From an uncultured archaeon (GTDB lineage: Archaea; Asgardarchaeota; Lokiarchaeia; Sigyniarchaeales; SOKP01), in the NCBI GenBank assembly GCA_964632315.1, contig CAZWEM010000038.1, positions 1-47,007 of the forward strand: DNA of 47,007 bases, given 5' to 3'. A program made the translations under genes and the position numbers. The notes under the pieces were generated by a model. It saw nothing but the letters and a program-made list of their open reading frames with translations, did not search any database and had not been told where the DNA came from. Position 1 is the stretch's first letter; each line of letters starts with the position of its first letter. Of the stretch, positions 39,519 to 47,007 are shown in pieces.

Positions 39519-40355
39519 ATGAATAAAAAAAAGTTAAAACAAGAATTAGAATCATATCAAGAAACTGAAGTGCTGAAACAATTTAAAAATCTTCAATTTC
39601 ATATTATACTTGTTCAGCCGGAACATGCTGGAAATATTGGTTCAATCGCTCGAATAATGAAGAATTTCAATTTCGAGAATTTAACAATCTTTAATCCCAT
39701 TGAAAATGAGGAAAAGATACTTAGTTCTGAAACACATGGTTATGCGATGCATGGAAGCGATATTTTAGATAATTCAGAAATTATAACAATAAATCAAGAG
39801 GAACATCTTGAGGCTTTTAAAAAATTTATGAAGAAATTTGACTTAGTTTTTGCCACCACTGCTAAAGGTAAGCATTATAGAAACATAAAGAGATTGGCTA
39901 TTTTTCCTGATGATATTAATCTTCCTAGTTCAAAAAAGAACATCAAAATTGCAATCCTATTTGGAAAAGAATCACGAGGATTAACTAATGAAGAGTTAGA
40001 AACTGCTGATGTTTTAATTAGAATACCCACTGGAGATATATACCCAACTTTAAACATTTCTCACGCTTGTGGAATAATTCTATATGAATTTTTTAAAAAG
40101 ATTCATGCAATTCAATTAGGAAGAGGAATTAATCCTGTTTTGTTAGCTGATAAACAGGATAGAATATTGCTTTATGAAATTCTTTCTAAAATAATTAAAA
40201 CTCTTAAAATTAGAACACACAAAAAAGAAAGGGTACTCCTCGCTTTCAAAAACATATTTGAACGTAGTTTAGTCTCAAAAAAAGAATTGAGTCTTATCTT
40301 TGGTGTCTTTTCGAAAATAAAGAATATACTAAAAAATTTAGATTTATACGAATAA
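39519..40355 (+). CDS. trmJ: TrmJ/TrmH (SPOUT) RNA 2'-O-methyltransferase
   Basis: PEHAGNIGSIARIMKNF, FGKESRGLTNEEL and YPTLNISHA motifs. Confidence 0.85.
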   Translation: MNKKKLKQELESYQETEVLKQFKNLQFHIILVQPEHAGNIGSIARIMKNFNFENLTIFNPIENEEKILSSETHGYAMHGSDILDNSEIITINQEEHLEAFKKFMKKFDLVFATTAKGKHYRNIKRLAIFPDDINLPSSKKNIKIAILFGKESRGLTNEELETADVLIRIPTGDIYPTLNISHACGIILYEFFKKIHAIQLGRGINPVLLADKQDRILLYEILSKIIKTLKIRTHKKERVLLAFKNIFERSLVSKKELSLIFGVFSKIKNILKNLDLYE

Positions 40356-40375
40356 ATTTCGTATAAATTAAAATA

Positions 40376-40609
40376 TTAGTCCGCTACTTGATAGAGTCGT
40401 GGCTTTCTGTTATCATACACGATTATATCTTCGGGCATCGTTTTAATAATGCGTTTGATCACTTTTGAAAGTGCATTAGGATTTTTATACCCCATTGCAA
40501 ACGCCCAATCTCTCGCGGAAGACATACCTATTTCCCGAAGCTTGTCCAAACATATTTGCTCAAACGTTCTCATTACTAATTTTTGTCCCATTTTTTCTTT
40601 TACCTCCAT
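40376..40609 (-). CDS. Small helix-turn-helix-like protein
   Basis: SARDWAFAMGY..ALSKVI followed by a KPRLY wing. Confidence 0.65.
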   Translation of the reverse strand: MEVKEKMGQKLVMRTFEQICLDKLREIGMSSARDWAFAMGYKNPNALSKVIKRIIKTMPEDIIVYDNRKPRLYQVAD

Positions 40610-40813
40610 ATTTTTTTACTAAAATTAAAAATTGAACGTAAGCAACTAATTATGAAATGTTATGGTGCATGTTTCGGTGCTAGAAGTGTTATTAAATAGT
40701 AAATAAATCAATTTGGCGTTTTTAAAGCGTCGTTGCTTATATATAGCATTAGAATGAAATATTATAAAAATAGAAATGTCTGTCAAATGGGTTGAATTAC
40801 AAAAAAAGCTAAA

Positions 40814-40838
40814 ACGAATACAGGATCTTTGTATTCGT
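40814..40838. promoter_or_regulatory. Perfect 9-bp inverted repeat in a divergent intergenic region
   Basis: ACGAATACA-ggatctt-TGTATTCGT. Confidence 0.45.
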
Positions 40839-41099
40839 GGGATTTTTATGGGAGAAAAGAATAATAAATAGTGGATTCCAAAACGGTAAAATTATATTTC
40901 ATGCTGTAATATTATCAAAAAAAATACAATGGGTAGGGAGTGGGAAAGTAAAAGTTTCAAAATATCGGGAAAACATTGCCAATAATACAGATTTTTTGTA
41001 TTCTAAGCATGATCGAGTGTAAATTTAGTTTTTATTTACATCTTGCTTACATTATGCGTGGGATTATTTTTTTAATGTCGTAAGATATTATTAAATATA

Positions 41100-41564
41100 A
41101 TGCCATTAACGTTCGATGAATTTTTAGAAAAATACAAAATAGATGATTTTACAAAATCTCTAGAGATAAAAGGACAAGAAAAAGTAAATTTTTATAATGA
41201 CATAACCGAGATAATTAAAAGTGTCTGTAGAATATTTGACAAGCTTACAACAATTGGTTCACTCCGTGGAGGTCAAGTACTCATGAGTTTAGCTAAATTG
41301 GAAGGTTCTGAAACGGTTATTAATAAAACGGACGTTAAAAGGAATTTGGCTATTGATAGATTAGAAAAACTATTACATGCATTTGACTATTTAGAACAGA
41401 ACAATTATATCAAAATTGAGAAGAAAACATCAAAATTTCATGTTGTTTCAATAAATGAAAAAGACAATCCTGATTTCTCTTTATTTAAAGATATAATACA
41501 GAAATATTGGCTAAGTCCAGAAGAAGAATTAGAAAAAACAAAACGTTGGAGCGGAGTAAAATGA
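41100..41564 (+). CDS. Hypothetical winged-helix-like protein
   Basis: INKTDVKRNL..AFDYLEQNNYIKIEK pattern. Confidence 0.7.
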   Translation: MPLTFDEFLEKYKIDDFTKSLEIKGQEKVNFYNDITEIIKSVCRIFDKLTTIGSLRGGQVLMSLAKLEGSETVINKTDVKRNLAIDRLEKLLHAFDYLEQNNYIKIEKKTSKFHVVSINEKDNPDFSLFKDIIQKYWLSPEEELEKTKRWSGVK

Positions 41565-42523
41565 GATCATCTAACAGGCGTAAAGATCATTTAACTTTTG
41601 AAGATGAAGAAAGTACTATGAATTCAATTGAAATTATTAGAAAAGAATTTTTTACAAAAACGATACGTTCCTTGATTTATATTGTCATTATTATAGCAAT
41701 ATATACTACATATTTAATTGTGACTTACCAACCAGATCTTTTCGGAAATATCATGATATTAAACACCATAAGCCATACTACTTTTTCAAATTTAACTATT
41801 GCATGGGGTTTATTCAGTACGACCATCTTTTCGGTTGTATATCTTTTCAAAATAATATACATGAAATTTACTCCTTCTTTAATCAGTTTTGTTAAAAATG
41901 AATCTTCTAACATTGGATTTGAATTTGAGAAAAAATATAATAGTGGTCTTTTGTTTTTGCTCTTAAATAGTATTGCCATAAGCATTTTGATATACATGGA
42001 TTTTGGAGTGATTCAATTTCAGAATTCGCCTTTTGATCTTTTCTTTCAAGTCGTATTTGTGATTTACTTAGTTTTGAGTCTTATTATTCCTTCAATATTC
42101 GCTCTAGTAAATGATAAGTACATTATAAAATTAAAAGAAAATTTCTATATTATTTTCGATTTCCAATTTAAGATAAGAAAGCCCAAGGAAGAGGATTCAA
42201 ATCTTCTAGGCATTCGTTTGACCTCAAACAAGTTAAGTTCAAAATTTGATAGGTGTGGAAAAGTAGTATACTCCAGGATTTCTCAGAGAAGATGGTTGTC
42301 TCGAAAGCAAAAATCAAAGTTAAACCCATATCTCTATTTTCACGAGTTTTCAACGCCTATTAATTTTCAAAAACAATTTTTGAATATAGCATTAGCTTTG
42401 AATGAATGGCAAGATTATTATGGGAGCAGAATCCTGTGTTTTAATGCTAGAACACCACTAAATAGAGGAAGTCAAAAAGAAAAATTTCTGGATTATCATG
42501 AATTTTTTAACATAAATAGATAA
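41561..42523 (+). CDS. Membrane protein (four TM helices) with basic C-terminal domain; the ATG overlaps the upstream TGA (ATGA)
   Basis: ATGA coupling at 41561-41564; four hydrophobic helices. Confidence 0.7.
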   Translation: MRSSNRRKDHLTFEDEESTMNSIEIIRKEFFTKTIRSLIYIVIIIAIYTTYLIVTYQPDLFGNIMILNTISHTTFSNLTIAWGLFSTTIFSVVYLFKIIYMKFTPSLISFVKNESSNIGFEFEKKYNSGLLFLLLNSIAISILIYMDFGVIQFQNSPFDLFFQVVFVIYLVLSLIIPSIFALVNDKYIIKLKENFYIIFDFQFKIRKPKEEDSNLLGIRLTSNKLSSKFDRCGKVVYSRISQRRWLSRKQKSKLNPYLYFHEFSTPINFQKQFLNIALALNEWQDYYGSRILCFNARTPLNRGSQKEKFLDYHEFFNINR

Positions 42524-42535
42524 TCCATTCAAGCT

Positions 42536-43177
42536 CTAAATTAAATATTTCTGCTGCAAATCAGCATATCTATAATAGTCACCGAATTGGGCTTCAACGA
42601 ATTCAAAAACTATCTCATATAATTGCCTTAGTAGTTCTTCTGGAAACGCTTTATGTTCGAAGATTATGTCGCATACTAATTCCTCTGTAAGAATTTGTGA
42701 ATTTACAGGAGTATTATATAGGAGAAAATTCATCATTGCTTGATCTACTTTATTTTTTACGACAGTTTTGATTAAATTTAAGCTTAAATCATTTTTAGTA
42801 TCAATATAATATGGAAAATTCATGTCATCGAGAATTCTTATATACCCTAAGTTTGTAAGAAGAGTATCAACACTGTATTCTAAGGAACCTAATTTTATTC
42901 CAAATAATTTACAGAAATCCTCTTTGGATTGATGGGCAGGAAACGCAAAGGGATGCCTTGAAACGATAAAATAAGCAGCAATAAAATACTTATATAAGTT
43001 ATGGGGAATTCTTTCAGCATTTTTTAGATAACGATAAACAATATTCATCACATCAGCTTTTAGTTCCTGTTTAATCTCAAATTTTTCCAAAAAATCCATT
43101 CCTTCTTTTAATAAGTCGATCGTGACTCTTTCCTTTGCATTATTTTCTTCATAATTAGGATTATAGACTTCTATCAT
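42536..43177 (-). CDS. All-helical hypothetical protein (weakly cyclin/TFIIB-box-like)
   Basis: YFIAAYFIVSR..SKEDFCKLFGI resembles the TFIIB-repeat AAxxYxxxR..xxEIxxxxGV pattern. Confidence 0.6.
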   Translation of the reverse strand: MIEVYNPNYEENNAKERVTIDLLKEGMDFLEKFEIKQELKADVMNIVYRYLKNAERIPHNLYKYFIAAYFIVSRHPFAFPAHQSKEDFCKLFGIKLGSLEYSVDTLLTNLGYIRILDDMNFPYYIDTKNDLSLNLIKTVVKNKVDQAMMNFLLYNTPVNSQILTEELVCDIIFEHKAFPEELLRQLYEIVFEFVEAQFGDYYRYADLQQKYLI

Positions 43178-43214
43178 TTTACAAAAACGACCTGTGATTT
43201 GTTTTTAAGGAAGA

Positions 43215-43239
43215 AATATCGAAGTGATATTTCGATATT
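43215..43239. promoter_or_regulatory. Perfect 9-bp inverted repeat, candidate operator
   Basis: AATATCGAA-gtgatat-TTCGATATT between divergent genes, upstream of a ribbon-helix-helix gene. Confidence 0.5.
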
Positions 43240-43381
43240 ATTTACATGACATAAGATCATCCTCATATATAAACCTATGCATCTTCAGTGATGCATTCAG
43301 TGATCGTAAAAACCGAACATTTAAATATGAAACATTTGATCAATTACTTAACCAAAACTAATTTTGTCGAATTGATTTTTA

Positions 43382-43810
43382 ATGTCATCAGAAGAGTCAA
43401 AATCCTCTAGCCTACCCCGTATAACCGTTAGTTTAGATCATTTTGATGATACAGTTATTAATCTGATGGCGGATAAAATGGGTAAATCTAAATCAGAAAT
43501 TATTAGAAACATCCTTAATGAGTGGATAATTTCAAATCCCGATGTGTTAAACTCAAAATATGGAATTGTTCCTGTAGATGTAAGAAGAGAAATTCAAATA
43601 AGAAATAAAGAACGTAATGTTGAAGATGATTTAGAAAAAATTGTCAAGTTCTTTAAAAGGATTAAAAGCATCGAAATTGATATGCTGGCTGAGAAATTAG
43701 TAATGAGTTCTAAAACTCTAATGGATTTAATTGATGATTATGGAGACGAATTAGAAAAGAAAGGATTGAAAATTAATATCGAAAGAAATTTAATTCATAA
43801 AATAGATTAA
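43382..43810 (+). CDS. Ribbon-helix-helix (CopG-like) regulator with C-terminal HTH-like domain
   Basis: RITVSLD..MADKMGKSKSEIIRNIL. Confidence 0.8.
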   Translation: MSSEESKSSSLPRITVSLDHFDDTVINLMADKMGKSKSEIIRNILNEWIISNPDVLNSKYGIVPVDVRREIQIRNKERNVEDDLEKIVKFFKRIKSIEIDMLAEKLVMSSKTLMDLIDDYGDELEKKGLKINIERNLIHKID

Positions 43811-43823
43811 TTGAGGAGAGTGA

Positions 43824-44006
43824 ATCACCATTTTAATTAGAGCATCCGAAGAAATTGGAGATTTTATCCTTGAGGAACAAGTTAAACAAAAAGACATATA
43901 CTCTGGTAAAGAGAGCATTACATTTAATGATCGACATCCTATTTATAAAACTCTCATGAAGTTAGAATTTGAAAAGGCAATTCGCGAGTATTTAAGAAGC
44001 ATATAA
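43824..44006 (+). CDS. Unannotated ~58-60 aa ORF with non-canonical (ATC/ATT) start
   Basis: Manual translation ITILIRASEEIGDFILEEQVKQKDIYSGKESITFNDRHPIYKTLMKLEFEKAIREYLRSI*. Preceded by GAGGAGAGTGA; fills the gap between two co-oriented ORFs. Confidence 0.5.
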   Translation: MTILIRASEEIGDFILEEQVKQKDIYSGKESITFNDRHPIYKTLMKLEFEKAIREYLRSI

Positions 44007-44021
44007 GGAGAGGGGGTTTAT

Positions 44022-44210
44022 TTGACGATTGGTGAACTTGAAGAACGGTCAATTTTCGCACTTTACATGTCTGAAATTGTAGTTCCCTTCTCACAAGTTA
44101 TTAAAAAAAAGGAAAAAGGAGTAAAAACTAAATATCAAAAATTGAGTAACATTCCAGTAGAATCACAACGAGAAAACTACATACTTCTGTTAAAGGAAGA
44201 ATTAATTTAA
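44022..44210 (+). CDS. Small hypothetical protein
   Basis: TTG start preceded by GGAGAGGGGG; 62 aa. Confidence 0.45.
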   Translation: MTIGELEERSIFALYMSEIVVPFSQVIKKKEKGVKTKYQKLSNIPVESQRENYILLLKEELI

Positions 44211-44532
44211 CATAATCTTCAAGCTGATTATAACAAAAGCTGATTTATAAAAATCTCCTTATTAACGACATAATCACCATATAATAATTTTATAATCAAA
44301 GATTAATTTCTGTCAAATTATTTTCTTTTTGTTGAAACCAATATTGAGGATACATTCTTAGAAAGATATATAAGCAAATTAAACCTAATTTTAAGCTAAA
44401 TTAGAAAAAGTAATTTGAATCCAAATTTTATTAAATCCAGTTATTCCAAAAGCTAAAAAAAGTTAAGACTTTAAGATTCTAAAAAAAACAATATCAGAAC
44501 CTTATAAATTTAAAGATAGAAAGAGTTAAAAA

Positions 44533-45564
44533 ATGCCTGATAAAGAGCACGATAAAGATAAGGAATTTGATGAGTTTATCAAAAAACCAATTGACATAGA
44601 TAATTCCGATTATTATTCCTATTTTCTGTCAATTCTCAATGGAGAGATATTTGGAACAGAACTACCCGACAAAAAATATTCTATAATTGAAGGAATACTC
44701 ATTAGTATTTTAAATGAGCTTGGCAAAATTAAGGATGAGGATTGGAAGATTGACTCATATATATATTTTATACCTTCAATTAAGGTAAACCGACTACTCG
44801 AAGAAAACATCACGAATATTTTAAATTCTGTTGATATGATTGAAGACGATTGTGAGAAACGAAATATTTTTTATGTGATCGTTGATACATACCAAGAAGC
44901 GGATTTATTGGAAAAATATTTTACAGTTCTTTTTCACGCACTCGAGAAAATTAATGATGAGTTCGAAAGACAATTCGGATTTGAATATTTAATGTTTCTT
45001 ATAACAAAGACTCGTTTGGTGGACGAGAATTTTGCAGATATTTTAAACACTATCTTCAAAATGGACATCGATGAGGTATTAAGAAATGCTTTTTCCACGC
45101 TAACCTCTTTGCTTAGGGAGACAGAAGTATCTGAAGAAAATTTTATCGAGTTTTTGAACTCGTTAGATAAATTATCTGTTGATAATAAATTATATGCCTT
45201 TCCAGATATAATTACTACACTTAAAGGATCAAATTTACCTGAGATACAAAAGTTAACAAAGTTTTCATTAATTCGAGCCAAATTTCCAAATATTTTAAAA
45301 ACAATCTGCAGATTAGATGATGAAAATGATAAAAGGTATAACATTTGCCATCTACTTTTTTCAATAAGAAAAACGTATTTTTTAGAAGAAAATTTCTTAG
45401 CCATTTTGGATACTATTGATACTATAAAAAACACAAGTTATAGAAAAGCTAATCTTGAAAATGTGATTTCGGCAATTAAAGAAGAGAATTCATTCATGGA
45501 AAAAGTAAAGTTGATTAAAGAGCGATTTCCTGGATATTCAGATGAATTAGCGAAATATCTATAA
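44533..45564 (+). CDS. Acidic alpha-helical repeat protein
   Basis: ~38-aa repeats: LLEENITNILNSVDMIED, LLEKYFTVLFHALEKIND, LVDENFADILNTIFKMD, VSEENFIEFLNSLDKLS, FLEENFLAILDTIDTIK. Confidence 0.75.
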   Translation: MPDKEHDKDKEFDEFIKKPIDIDNSDYYSYFLSILNGEIFGTELPDKKYSIIEGILISILNELGKIKDEDWKIDSYIYFIPSIKVNRLLEENITNILNSVDMIEDDCEKRNIFYVIVDTYQEADLLEKYFTVLFHALEKINDEFERQFGFEYLMFLITKTRLVDENFADILNTIFKMDIDEVLRNAFSTLTSLLRETEVSEENFIEFLNSLDKLSVDNKLYAFPDIITTLKGSNLPEIQKLTKFSLIRAKFPNILKTICRLDDENDKRYNICHLLFSIRKTYFLEENFLAILDTIDTIKNTSYRKANLENVISAIKEENSFMEKVKLIKERFPGYSDELAKYL

Positions 45565-45692
45565 AATTAGAAAGTTCATAATTGAAATGATTTCGAAAAT
45601 TTGATTTAGAGAGATATGAAAGATAAGTAAGTTTTGTAAATGACTTAGATTCTCGATCTTTTTATTTATTCATATTTCAATTAAAGAGAGAA

Positions 45693-46865
45693 TTAATTTA
45701 ACGTCGTTTTCTCATTCCTTCTCCTATTGATTACCTTTAGAATAATATAAATCAATAATCCAATACCGAATCCAATTGGGAGATTGATAAAGAAGCTTAA
45801 TAAAGCCGTGGGAATTACAATCAAAATAAATTCCTTCATTTTAAATTCTTTGAAAGATACTTTTGCTAAAAGAAACGCAGTATAGAGTAACATTGCACCA
45901 AATATTGATATTGGAAATGCTGTAAAAATGTTTAATAACAGATTGGAAAAAAACACTCCTAACACTATCTCAATCAACCCTTCCATAATCATTGAACCGC
46001 CTGTCCTTGCTCCAAATGCATATTGAGCAGCTAAACCTCCAGATCCGTGGCATAGCGGAATGCCACCAATAAAAGGGCTTAATAGATTGATATAACCCAT
46101 GTTAAAAGATAAGGTATTTGCGTCTAACTTTCGAGCTCTATCAGGAAATAAATCTCTTGCTAAAATGATTGTAGCAATCATTACATTAGTTAAAGTTAGA
46201 ATGAGTTGACCTATGCCTGCGAATAACATTCCATAAAGAAGATCAATTAAATTAGGAACATAAATTGAAATTTGAGGTAGTTGAAAGGACAAATTATCTA
46301 AATTTAATTCGCCGGTAAAAATCATAATTGCTATTCCTAAAAAAACAAGGAGAATTGATGAGGGTATTTTTTCATATTTGAGTAGACCGATGATAATTGA
46401 TAGAGAGATGAGGGCTAAAATCACATTATCATACATCAATGTTAATGCCTCCCAACCCAATATTAACCCCAAACCTAATTGTATTCCTCTTACAAGTATT
46501 ATTGGTACTTTGTCAATGATCTTGTTCAACTTTTTTGAAATTCCTAATAAGAACCAAATCACTCCCGTTCCAAAACCAGTCGAAATAACTAAACTCTGAT
46601 TCCAATTTTGAGAGAGTGCAACAGTTCCGATTGTTTTTTGAGGTTGAACTGGCAGAGGTAAATTAAATCTAATACCTAAAATGATGTTTGTTAAACCCAA
46701 ACATATGAAAATTCCAGCAGGATTAAGTCCTACAATTGAAATGTAGCCAATAACGAAAGGTATTAATGTTCCCCAATCTCCAAATGAACCAGCTAATTCA
46801 CTAATTGTAAACTTTTGCTTAATCGTAATTTTTTTTTTAATTTCTTTTTTAGGGATCGAAGTCAT
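45693..46865 (-). CDS. MOT1-family molybdate/sulfate transporter
   Basis: ELAGSFGDWGTLIP, PLPVQPQK and GGIPLCHGSGGLAAQYAFGARTG motifs. Confidence 0.9.
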   Translation of the reverse strand: MTSIPKKEIKKKITIKQKFTISELAGSFGDWGTLIPFVIGYISIVGLNPAGIFICLGLTNIILGIRFNLPLPVQPQKTIGTVALSQNWNQSLVISTGFGTGVIWFLLGISKKLNKIIDKVPIILVRGIQLGLGLILGWEALTLMYDNVILALISLSIIIGLLKYEKIPSSILLVFLGIAIMIFTGELNLDNLSFQLPQISIYVPNLIDLLYGMLFAGIGQLILTLTNVMIATIILARDLFPDRARKLDANTLSFNMGYINLLSPFIGGIPLCHGSGGLAAQYAFGARTGGSMIMEGLIEIVLGVFFSNLLLNIFTAFPISIFGAMLLYTAFLLAKVSFKEFKMKEFILIVIPTALLSFFINLPIGFGIGLLIYIILKVINRRRNEKTTLN

Positions 46866-47007
46866 AAAAAGAATGATCTTGACTGACTTAATACTAATAA
46901 AATTTTATTATCTTAAGTATTATAAAATTATATTAAATTTAATTGTGATAATATCATACAATGAATAAGATTACTTAAAATGGGTAATTATTAATGAAAG
47001 AAATCCA

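Noticed and set aside
336-46599. Numerous short ORFs overlapping well-supported genes or lying in AT-rich gaps (e.g. 336-698, 2937-3449, 10302-10532, 44934-45434, 46378-46599)
   Set aside because: Antisense or alternate-frame shadows, or low-complexity frames, with no recognisable motifs.

Overview
AT-rich, gene-dense archaeal chromosomal segment. Gene content points to an Asgard archaeon, most likely Lokiarchaeia/Promethearchaeota (inference): an actin-family gene, Rab-like and Arf-like small GTPases, longin-like domains, a PGY/CTERM-type surface protein and archaeal topoisomerase IA. Housekeeping genes include purD, topA, a TrmJ-like methyltransferase, a PgsA-like phosphatidyltransferase, phi, two M32 carboxypeptidases, an MgtE/TrkA-C cluster, an ABC transporter, a PAS histidine kinase and a MOT1-type transporter. 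No rRNA, tRNA, CRISPR array or transposase was recognised. Top observation: a small minus-strand gene missed by the ORF track (~11357-11653) is interrupted by a 30-nt segment with an in-frame TGA. The ends of that segment fall exactly on the cut sites of a relaxed bulge-helix-bulge motif, making it a candidate endonuclease-spliced mRNA intron. Second: a coiled-coil/proline-rich/WH2-like protein is encoded two genes upstream of a divergent actin. Also noted: a decayed paralog of the interrupted gene at ~4.6 kb, a longin-GTPase-helical fusion, a TMEM62-like phosphoesterase and a repeat-built surface protein. All family calls come from motif recognition by eye; no database search was run.
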